Origin: Callorhinchus milii
Taxonomy: Eukaryota
Length of the DNA stretch: 64,000 nucleotides
Assembly: GCF_018977255.1 (NCBI RefSeq)
Contig: NW_024704743.1
Coordinates: 99,326,001-99,390,000 of the forward strand
Direction: 5' to 3'
Shown here: positions 23,536 to 33,262 of the stretch, piece after piece
Numbering within the stretch: the first letter of the stretch is position 1
How the letters are laid out: every line of letters begins with the position of its first letter
The notes under the pieces: model-generated
What the model saw: only the letters and a program-made list of their open reading frames with translations
What the model was told of the DNA's origin: nothing
Database searches by the model: none
Translations under genes and position numbers: made by a program

Positions 23536-25588
23536 ACAGCTTGTATGAAAGTGAAGAACAAGTCTTGTTACTTGGTGCTTATTAAAAAATACAACTAAAA
23601 TGAAACCCTTGTTAAAAAGATCTGAGTCTCAGCTGCTGCAAGTGGGTGGATTTGCTTTTACAGTATTCCAATCAGGAGTTGTCTTACAGATGCATGGCCA
23701 GTGAGGACATTGTGTAGGTCGAAGTTCAGTGCCAATCTGACCTTCACAAAAAAGTACTGGTTGATTTGACAACAATGCAACACAACTGGGTGGCTAATTC
23801 TCAAGAAAAGAAGGTTTTGTTGCAAATTAATTAAATGTAGGCTAAGAAAGACTCACAAACATTTGCCAACATAAATTGGAGACAAACGTCTCTCAATAAC
23901 TTGCTGAACCAAACTGCACCGATGAGTTGAAGCTACAGACAAGAAGCTGCTTCAAGAAATGCAATGCACATTAAACAGGAGTATAGTTGGGTATTACACT
24001 ACAACAAGCCAGTATTACTTATGAGACTTACACGAATGACTAATCGTGTACCAACGATGCAACTGCATTCAGAAAATCTTTCATTGAACACACGGGGGAG
24101 CCCTAAAACCGCTGTTGTATTTTCAGGCTCTCGAGAAGTGAGAATGAGAATTCTGTTGCAAATTTAAAATTAATCACATTATAATTGCTTTAGGGATCTG
24201 TACAGGAAATAGCTAAGTGATTTTTCTTTAACTCTCAAGAGTTTGGTTACGTACATTAAATGCATTAAAGGGGTTTATCAAAATTCAGATGGTGTGACAA
24301 AATGGTGAAAGATTACACTGGAATAATTGGACATGGATACACTCTTTGATATGACGTTGGGAACAAGAATGCATGCTTGACGTTTTAATGATTTGAAAAA
24401 GAGCAGGCGAATATCATACTTTTTACAGCTGCCTGTGGCAATTACATTTCACATCCAGGTTGGAAACGTGGTAATGCTTTATAATATATATGATTCAACG
24501 GGTTATAATGTAACGTTAAGCCCATGAAAATAAAGAAATATGAACAAAGTTAACAGTTTAGCCCAATTTAATGCCTCCCACACACACACAAACGCACACT
24601 TAACTGTTAGGAGTGATTTGACTTCAAGTTAATGGGGGCAATTAAACGCCATGGTCACCTTTGGTTGGACATGTAGGATCCAGCCATTTCCCAAAGAATT
24701 TGAATTAAAAAGTGATTTGTTAGGATTTAAATCATATTACGTAATTACATACAGAACCAGAACCTGTATATCTCATTCCAAGTGTACAGTAGAGATAGTC
24801 TTCAGATGACTTTCTGTATTTTCACTGGTTTGAAGCCTGTGTGGAAAATCAGCTTTAAAGAATAAGCGAGGAACTCTTAGAAGCTTTCAGTAGGCTGAGA
24901 ATAGGGAATATTTAGGCCGAGATATGTGATGTGGTTCTCAAGTTAGTCCCTTGTTTGCATTCGGATTCAACACCTTAGAATATGCAGGTATCCCGTCGGT
25001 TTAATTCAGTCTATTGCTTATGTAATCATTCACAAAAAAGACCAGCTATTCAGAAGCTATAAGTTAAAATGTTATAATATTATCACCTGGAGAAATGTAG
25101 TGCATGAGTACGCCTTGGACAGCTTCAACAGGTCTTTGGAATATAACTCGTTTAAAGAACGATCAGTATATTTTAAAGGATGAACTATAGGTGACAATTA
25201 TAGGTCAGCAAGCAAGTAGAGAATAAAGAAAGGCAGAATTGTTTTATTTAAATGATAATTCTTGCAAGATCATTTTGGGGGTACTGTAATGCTTGAAACA
25301 TTACAACGCACAAAGATATCACCAACTTTTCCCCTTTTACAAGGGGAAACGCGATGGTGCTTCATTGAAATGAGTGTGGAATTAAATACTATAGCAGAAA
25401 AAAAAACACTGGGGATACTTTAATGAAAGACAAGCTTTGCTGAAGGGCAGACGGTGCGTTGTTAACAATATTAGCCCTCCCTGAGTTGGTTCAAAAAGAT
25501 TGCATTCAGGGAAATAAATTGAAACTATTTGACGTTCTTTGTCGTCGGTGCCTTTAATGCTGTATCATGATGATGACACTTTAATAGT

Positions 25589-25614
25589 TTCAGCACTGTC
25601 ACTATGGACAGCTC
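25589..25614 (+). promoter_or_regulatory. Non-canonical (wide-spacer) RE1/NRSE REST site
   Basis: TTCAGCACT + 8-nt spacer + GGACAGCTC versus canonical TTCAGCACC-nn-GGACAGCGCC. Confidence 0.55.
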
Positions 25615-25947
25615 AATGTTTCCGGTAATCCTGCTCATCAATACTGATCAATGCATGCCAGCTATATTTCCCAAACTTTACATCGTCATTAACAAATTTC
25701 GATTGAACCCTATTCCGGTTTGCAATATTTATTTACCTTTAAGTTGTTTAGTTTTATGATGTCACGTTTAGCTTATTGCCCTTCCTGACTTGAGACCCTT
25801 GAAATCAGGTTGACAAATATTAGCACAATAACCAGCGTAGGAGCGATTTTAATTTGGTCTGAGTATTTATGAGTGGGTTATGACTTTGGCGAGATCAGCT
25901 AAGAGGAAGAAAGAGTGTTATATTCCTGGAGGAATATGGCAAGCTGA

Positions 25948-25982
25948 TGACGTCTATTGGTGATACATGGTCTTAACGTGAC
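25948..25982 (+). promoter_or_regulatory. Paired CRE/ATF-like elements of the ADCYAP1 proximal promoter
   Basis: TGACGTCT (25948-25955; 7/8 match to TGACGTCA) followed by TAACGTGAC (25974-25982). PACAP is a known cAMP/CREB-responsive gene. Confidence 0.7.
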
Positions 25983-26189
25983 TTGCACCGACTCTGAAAA
26001 GAAGGGAAGCAGTCTGATTCATGAATAAAAATCCGGGTGCAAGAGTACAACAAACAATAGTCCATAAAAAAGCTAAGATGTAGACAAATGTTTACAAAGA
26101 CATCTGTTGCTATGTGTATTTCAAACACTGTTTGCGAAGATTTCTGATAATTGCATATATATACTCGTGTGGGGGGCTGGCAAGTTGCA

Positions 26190-26307
26190 CGGCACCAACA
26201 GAACCTCAGCGACGCCTCAGTGAATTGCCGTGAGGAAGGAAGATTTTATCAGGATCAGAAGTAAACGTGGACCAGATCGTGCACAACACTCAGCCAAACT
26301 GCAATAG
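26190..26307 (+). other. ADCYAP1: Probable non-coding exon 1 of ADCYAP1 (5' end approximate)
   Basis: Donor TAG|GTAGGT at 26307/26308; TATA-like CATATATATA at 26154-26163; CRE cluster upstream; next acceptor (T-rich tract + CAG) at 26610. Vertebrate ADCYAP1 has a non-coding first exon. Confidence 0.55.
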
Positions 26308-26387
26308 GTAGGTGTGTGGATGGCCAACAAAGTTATGTTTCCACAATCCGGGTGGTAGGTGTCTCACTTACCACACCAGGAGATAAA

Positions 26388-26395
26388 TAGAGAGG

Positions 26396-26431
<36 letters not shown>
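26388..26431. repeat. (GA)n microsatellite in ADCYAP1 intron 1
   Basis: Read directly. Confidence 0.95.
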
Positions 26432-26435
<4 letters not shown>

Positions 26436-26617
26436 GTTTTCTTTTTAAGAGTACATCAGACATCAACCTCTAAATTGTAGTTTCTCTCAAACCCAGCGGA
26501 GGTGCTCATTGACTCGGGCTGGTTTCATCCTTGAGAGAATAAACCGCAATTTTTCTTTTTTTTTTCTTTTTTTTAATTTTGTTTTAAACTTTTCATATTT
26601 TTTTTTGCAGAATAAGA

Positions 26618-26718
26618 ATGTCTAACAAGGCGACAATAGCATTCATAGTTGTGTACGGGATCATAATGCATTGCAGTGTCTGCTGTTCACAGACTGGAGT
26701 CAAGTACCCAGGACTCAG
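26618..26718 (+). CDS. ADCYAP1: ADCYAP1 exon 2 coding part (signal peptide); exon starts at 26611
   Basis: tttttttgcag|aataagaATG; translates [33 protein letters not shown](R); ends CAG|GTAGGC, phase 2. The YGIIMHxSV motif is typical of PACAP signal peptides. Confidence 0.95.
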
Positions 26719-29700
26719 GTAGGCAACTGTCATTCAGTTTCATTTAATTTTCCCCTTTCACATGCCTTTGTGGCTACTGCTTTTTTGGGGGGGTGGTTTT
26801 CTTGTTATATTGTATGTGCTTCGAATTATTTACCTCTTCGCTTTTGCTTTTCTTTCCTCCCCCCCCCCCCCCCCCCCCCCCCCCAAAAAAAAGTTACTGT
26901 TTCCACAATGGAGAGTTGCCTCCATGTGACGACCTCAGTTAACAGGGAGTGATGTGAGCCGGATTCCGGGTGTCCCACTCGGCTGGTGCCTCTTTGATGC
27001 TATATCTCTCAGTCTTATTCCCCCCCCCCCCCCCCCATCCTCCACCACCCCGACCCCGACCTCCCCCCCCCACCCCCCCGGCGCAGCGTGAGGAATTGAA
27101 AAGAAATGAGAGAGGGAGAGACAGAGAGGGAGGGTGTGTGGGAGAGGGGAAGACTGAAGGGATCGAGGGTTGGGGGAGTGGGGGGACGAGAAAGCGACTT
27201 GGGAGTAGGGAGTGCAGAAACAAAAGTGTGAATGAAATGCGAACAGATGGGAGCTGGGGGCGCAGGCAAGTGCAAGGGAGCTGATGGAGAGCAGAGAGGA
27301 AGAGGTAAGCGACCCAGCGACGGAGGGATGCACAATCCCCCCTAACCTAGTTGTTGCTGTTGGATAAACTGTTACAATATTCCTTGCAAATGTGATGCAG
27401 TACGTATGGGGATATCCTCGCGTGTGGTAGTATCTTGCTCCGTGTTTATCAACAGCATATTTTATTCATGTCTGTAATTTGTCTCGATGGTACTCGTACA
27501 CGGTCCATTGGAATAACATTACAGTCTCACCAACCGAGCATGTTAGTCGGATTGTAACAAGGAAATGAATAGCATACGGAGTCGAGGCGCTCTGTCTGCT
27601 CTCGTATTGCTTTGCGATCAATAACTGTGGCAGGTTTGGGCTCCTTTAAGTTTGATTAATGAGGAGTGAAAAGAAAGATTGTCAATTAGCTTTAATATTG
27701 GTAAGAGAGAGAGAGAGAGAGAGGACTCGTTGCCGTTTGCTCGGGAGGGGCAGTACAGTTGCAGAGAGATGGTGAGATGGAGTTCAGCGCCGAGCGAAAT
27801 GAATGTGAAGACTGAGCTTAATGCGAGTCCCGAGGGAGTTGGTGTGAAATCGCGTCAATTACAGTGGTGAGGCGAGGAGGAGGAAAAGGCACCACTGCTA
27901 CACGGGATCAAGGCTGGTTATTAAATGTATGAGCTGCAGGCTTTAGAAAGCTGCAATCAATAACCAGCCTGGTCCCTGCTGGACTGGCTTTAACCCGAAA
28001 TTCATTAAACTGGTCTAAGTTCGTGCGTTTCCGATGACAAAAAAAAAGTCTCGAGGCTTGGATATAAATGTGGGATTTGGCACTAGCGGTAATTTTCTTA
28101 TCGATTCTAGAAGTAAGTTTTCTTTTGTATGCAATGCATCAACTTTGTTCCCTCCGATGAAACAAACCCAAGTTGCTTTGGGAATGGACTGTGTGTTGTG
28201 GCTGATGAGATGTTGAATGTGGAGGGAGAGTGAGAGGGGAAAGCGGGTGGTAGAAGCTCTGAGCAGATGTCTGCTAATCGGTCACATACATACCCCGAGG
28301 AGGGAGTCAGTGGCGAATATTTTGCTCAAGGTTTCTTTTGGATAATTTAAACTCATTTTCGGTTGCAGTGAAATTGCATATTGATCACAAAACGCCTTTT
28401 GTTTGGTTTGTTTACTGGAAAATAGCACAAGAAAGGACTCGAAAATGGGGTTTCGTTTTTTTTTAATAAAAATGGTCAGTTTTATTTCATGTCTCGTGTG
28501 TGAAAATGAACGTGGCCAGAATCGATGTCAAAGGGTTTTGATTGCTGGTGTCTGGTGTTTAATCTGCCCTCTCGATGGGTATTGTTAGGATAGACTTTCT
28601 GTCTTACTCCCCTGCCCCTCCATCACTGCATATCATCCTGTTCCTGCTCAGTCTCATTTCCCAAGCACATAATCGTGGGTAAGCAGCTTCCAGACTTTGT
28701 CTGTTCAAGTCAAAAGTCAGGGCGTTGCCAACAGTATCGTCGGTTGAAATTGGCAAAAAAAAGTTATTTGCCAAATTCACTGCCTTTTTTTTAAAGAAAA
28801 AACTCAGCTAAATACAGGATTTTTGTTTTTATTATCGTGACTTGGCCAACAGCATCCCAAAGCGCAAATACCGTTCTCTGTTGAAATGTGTCCCCTCGGA
28901 TACCCAACTGGAACCTGTCCCTGTGCCATTCTGGATGTTAGCGCTCTCCCCACACACACTCCCATGAGGATAGAGCAGAGCGCATACTGCCGACCAGTGA
29001 GATTCCCGGAGCTTTGGTAGAATTCGATTTAAAGGGATATGAATTACTTATGGGAATGAAAAACGTCAGGAACAAGTTGGGCAGCACTTGATAGTTTCCT
29101 CACGTCCGATGCACGAGGTGGATATGGGTCTCGATAGACTCCTACATTAATGCCTTAATCTCAATATTCCAGCAGAGCACATTTCCAGTTTTGGAAAACA
29201 AATAAATCGCAACCGTAGAACAAAAGAAAAACAAATTTAATGTCCCATCATAAACCACTTCAATATCGGTTTATTGCTTTACCAACTGGTGTGCGCAGAT
29301 CATAATCTTTTATTTCTTCCCAGGATTGAAGATGAAGCGTACGACGAGAAGGGAAACTCTCTACCGGATTACGAAACTGACGGGAATGGGATTCGAATCC
29401 CTTCTTCGATGATTGATGATGTGAACGCGTTATATTACCCTCCGGAGAAGAGGTGACTATTTTATTTTGGTGGGAAATCAGCTATTTTATATGACTGGGA
29501 AAGCAGCTATTTTATTTTCGTGGGAAAGCTAACGCGTACGATTTCTTTCTTTGCTTCGTCAAATATTTCTTCATTTCTCAATAACGTGACCAGTGAAAGC
29601 CACAGACTGGCAAATAAATCGTGCCGATTGTTTACATGATGGTGGGATCCGCGGAATAACGCGGATTTCTTTTTAAGTGGCATGAATTGATGAGATAAAT

Positions 29701-30762
29701 CAATGTAATCATTAACACGCAACCCCTGCGCATAAAGCGAGCTGTGCAATACCAATTAAACGAGGGGAGAGGCATTTGCAAGAGCCTTCCTTTCAGAAAC
29801 TAATATTTGGGGTTTAACTTAAATCTTGACCTTAAAGTTCTATTTTAATTAAAAAAAAGATTTTTCTTTCGATAACTAATTTTGAATAACGAGGATCACT
29901 GATGCTCTCTTTGCACTCGGTCTCTGTATCTCAGAACAGAAAGACATGCGGATGGAATATTAAATAAAGCCTTAAGGAGAGTGTTGGGGCAGATACGGAC
30001 AAGAACAGTCGTTCAGTCCTTGATCCACTCGAAACGCTTTGGGTAAGTCTGATAATCGTGACATTTTTAAAAATAAATTGCAACACCAACATTTCTTTCC
30101 TATTTGTGTTGGATATGTCGAACTTCATTAATTTAATGATGCCCCTCCTCACTCCACTCCATTTCCTGCTTTTGCAATCTGCTGTGGCCACAAATGGAAA
30201 CCCTGCAGGGAATTCGGTTATTTATGTTTTATAGAACTAGTTGCGTATACCCAGAACGTAAACATCCGGTGCATCACGGACTAGTCAACACAACACACTT
30301 CTCTCTTGTTGTGCATTGCAGTGAAACGAGCAAGTGGTAGGAGTCCCCTTAAAGGGAAATGATTAATAATTAATCATTTAATAGAGGATCAGTAAACCTT
30401 CTTTGTCCACTGGATTGGTGTCAATGTGCACGTTCTTGAGACGGGGTTATTTGATGAATATGGAAGTGATAGCCTGAGCTTACCGCCGAATGTGTTCCGT
30501 GTGTGGAGAGAGAGGAAAGAGAGTTGTATGCGATGTGGAAAGGTCTCGCAGTTCCGAATTTTGCTGTTATCCAATTTGCAGTGGCAGCAGTGTGGAGACG
30601 GACACAGAACCTCTGTCTAAGAGACATTCCGATGGCATCTTCACCGATAGCTACAGCCGTTACAGGAAACAGATGGCTGTCAAGAAATACCTGGCAGCCG
30701 TCCTGGGGAAAAGGTATAAACAAAGGGTTAAAAATAAAGGACGTCGAGTATTCTATTTGTAG
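26618..30762 (+). CDS. ADCYAP1: PACAP precursor (prepro-PRP/PACAP), join(26618..26718,29324..29452,29935..30042,30582..30762), 519 nt, 172 aa
   Basis: Four GT-AG exons, all introns phase 2, join into one open frame: signal peptide [24 protein letters not shown], cryptic peptide, PRP ([10 protein letters not shown]...) and [43 protein letters not shown], which is PACAP38. Confidence 0.97.
29324..29452 (+). CDS. ADCYAP1: ADCYAP1 exon 3 (cryptic propeptide)
   Basis: ttcttcccag|G ATT GAA...; (R)[42 protein letters not shown](R); ends AG|GTGACT; 129 nt, phase 2-2. Confidence 0.96.
29935..30042 (+). CDS. ADCYAP1: ADCYAP1 exon 4 (PACAP-related / GHRH-like peptide)
   Basis: tctctgtatctcag|[57 protein letters not shown](G); ends GG|GTAAGT; 108 nt, phase 2-2. 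Confidence 0.95.
30582..30762 (+). CDS. ADCYAP1: ADCYAP1 exon 5 coding part; mature PACAP38 at 30625-30738, PACAP27 at 30625-30705
   Basis: aatttgcag|[66 protein letters not shown]; amidation/cleavage signals GKR and GRR are intact. Confidence 0.98.
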
Positions 30763-30820
30763 CGATGAGTGAGCAGCCGCCTTGTGTATACAGCCCTGTC
30801 CGAGATTCGTTTCAATCGAC

Positions 30821-30950
30821 TGAATAATCATCGCTCCTCAGTTATTTAAACATGTATTTATGTATGAAGTAAAGCCATTAAAAACGAATATTTTGATAAA
30901 AATATTGTTTTTTGTAAAGCACTATTAGAATGCACAGATTTACTTTGGAC
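30821..30950 (+). promoter_or_regulatory. AU-rich proximal 3' UTR block with ATTAAA poly(A) hexamer (30877-30882)
   Basis: aaacatgtatttatgtatgaagtaaagccattaaa...gaatattttgat; contains ATTTA and UGUA motifs; resembles, from memory, the conserved ADCYAP1 3' UTR block. Confidence 0.6.
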
Positions 30951-31152
30951 GATTCATTTTGGGGTTATATATATATATATACAGAACGATTCATATAAAG
31001 CGTGCACAAGAACAATATCCGTCTGAGCTGCTGGTTTTATACACACGTAATAGGCAACTGTGATCGGTGATGGCGTGTTGGGATATTGTTTGTGTATGCA
31101 TATACTGTATTAAAACTAAAATTAAAAGAATAGTGTTTTTCATCCACAACAG

Positions 31153-31273
31153 CCATGAAGATATTAATATTGCCCAAATTATCGACGACATAGACATTGA
31201 TGCCCTGCTTAGGCTGCTTGAAGGGGATTGTGATAGTGATTTGGGAGGATTGCTGCAGCAGATCCTCTTGTCG
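31153..31273 (+). CDS. ADCYAP1: Putative alternative ADCYAP1 exon 6 encoding an acidic C-terminal peptide
   Basis: Acceptor tgtttttcatccacaacag| (phase 2, compatible with an internal exon-5 donor after 30713); open frame (S)HEDINIAQIIDDIDIDALLRLLEGDCDSDLGGLLQQILLS; strong donor TCG|GTGAGT in phase 0. Confidence 0.75.
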
Positions 31274-31674
31274 GTGAGTTACGGTAGAGGCTGTTTTCAC
31301 ACGAGACAAATTTAATCGAGGGGGAGGGGGAGGGGGGGAGATGGCCTCAGAACTAAAGCTCTTAACATTTTATGCCGATCAATTTTGATGTAACCTCTTA
31401 AGATCACGTGCGTCCAGTCACCACAGCACAAGGTAACAGTGGATGTAAGTTACAGCTGTCAGTGAAGGAGGCCCTTTGGCTTGTGGACTGTGTGCTGGTT
31501 ATGTTAGAACTTGGTTATTCTGTTCACCAAATAGGGCAAAGCAAAGCGAGGGAAGGAGTTTGGAACAATGACCATGTTTCAGCATTTAACCCCATACCCT
31601 GTCACTTGAAGTGTTTTCTTGTACTGAGAGCAATCGAATCTATGTGTAAAGAACTGTTTGGTTTTGCTCAAGCT

Positions 31675-31712
31675 TGTGTGTGTGTGTGTGTGTGTATGTG
31701 TGTGTGTGTGTG
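31675..31712. repeat. (TG)n microsatellite
   Basis: Read directly. Confidence 0.95.
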
Positions 31713-32361
31713 GTACAAATGCTTTCAAGGAAAATTAATGGATTTTCCTGACATCAAATCACGAATCTCTGGTTTGGTTTCGTTGCATAGTGGAGTTAAA
31801 ATACTACTTTAGTTGACCTAATGGGGGAAGGGAGAGGAAAATGAACCTTGTATTGTTTCTGTTAATGTGGATCTAATGTGGCTACTGTGTTAATTAAGAA
31901 CGCCATAAAATATCTTAAAATGTGCGTTTACCTAGTTGATATGATAACATGATCAAGCTAATCACATTTGAGAGTAGGAATTTACAATATTTTGATGTGC
32001 CGACCAGAGTAGGCATGTGAGTTTGAAAGCTTCAGAGCACACCTGATGAATATGCAGAAAAGTACCTGCTCTCTTACAAAATGCTCGATGTCTAAGAATT
32101 AGTTCTATGAATCTTAAATACATCAACTAAATGGACGAATAACCTTTATGCCCACGATTAATCCCGATTACTAATCAAAGATCATATACAATTCATTGCT
32201 TTTATTTATCATTTGTCTCTAGACATAAATAAGTAAATCCCACACAAGGCGAACGTTGCAAATGTATCCCAGTGAAAACATTAGTAGCTCATAGCCATTC
32301 GGGCCACGCCCGAGACTTGTTCATGTAATCAATCTTATTTTAATTTTGCATTCTCCTCCAG

Positions 32362-32370
32362 GCAATTTGA
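32362..32370 (+). CDS. ADCYAP1: Putative alternative terminal exon 7 coding part (Ala-Ile-stop), followed by an alternative 3' UTR
   Basis: Strong acceptor ttttgcattctcctccag|GCA ATT TGA, phase 0, matching the 31273 donor; AATAAA hexamers downstream at 32885 and 33006. Confidence 0.65.
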   Translation, partial: AI

Positions 32371-33183
32371 CGCAGGATGCAGCTTACAGCTTTGGTGCCT
32401 TGATCCGTCATTTAAATGGACATGAATTACAGTGTATGGGGGGAGGGATGGGATGGGGTGGGGTTTTATTATTTTAAAGTAGCCCTACATTGCTGCAACA
32501 CATCCGCTTAACAATTTGAGCTTTTTACAGCTGACAAATCGTGCGGCTTATGGTGCAAGTTGTGTAGAGTCGTTGATTTGTGCTGCGCTACGTGTAGTGT
32601 TCGCCCTGTATTGGAACTACTCTCGGCGCTTTAATAACATTATAATATTTCATTGATGTTCGCATAGCCAAGGGAGCTTCTGTAGAACTTTAGGGACACC
32701 AAATGCCTTACTAAACCTTACACAGACCATCTGGACAACTATTGATCTGGATTAAACAGAAACGGCAATTATGGACACCTTGTTGCTCGGTGATTAAATT
32801 AAATCTAAATTTTAGTGCGCGTCTATCTCTTAAATAGGGAACGATCATTAACTGTCTATCCGAACACTTTGTAAAGTTTGTATTAATAAATTTTTGTAAA
32901 CACAACTCCGTCTAATCTTTGCACTCGTTCCACAAATCCGCTCGTTCCTGTTCTATACCGTAAATCGATACTAACCATATCTTAAACATGCTTGTGATGT
33001 GCCTAAATAAATTTACTTTCTATTTTATGAACAACACAGTATTTATCACTTCGTTAGAACTCATCGGGAGGTCAGTGCGCCTCACGTTAAAACTGTGCTC
33101 GATTGGGGGGAAAGTTTTAAGTTTGCAACCAATTGGCATCGCAAAGGGAGTCAGACTAACATAAGAATGAACCCTTCCTCATG

Positions 33184-33262
33184 CAATGTGCCATTCCCAT
33201 CACAATGTGCCATTCCCATCACAATGTGCCATTCCCATCACAATGTGCCATTCCCATCACAA
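33184..33262. repeat. Perfect 19-bp tandem repeat x4 (CAATGTGCCATTCCCATCA)
   Basis: Four identical units read directly. Confidence 0.97.

Noticed and set aside
25108..25126. Additional RE1-like matches (also 27783 and 34903)
   Set aside because: Only one half-site each.
30490..30581. N-terminal part of the 90-aa ORF containing PACAP
   Set aside because: Intron 4 sequence; the real exon starts at the acceptor 30581/30582.
31154..31220. HED... as a third secretin/glucagon-family peptide
   Set aside because: Lacks Gly4, Phe6 and Thr7 and has no preceding basic cleavage site in the spliced frame.
31067..31315. Stand-alone 82-aa ORF in the 3' region
   Set aside because: Only 31153-31273 looks coding and is bounded by splice sites; treated as an alternative exon instead.
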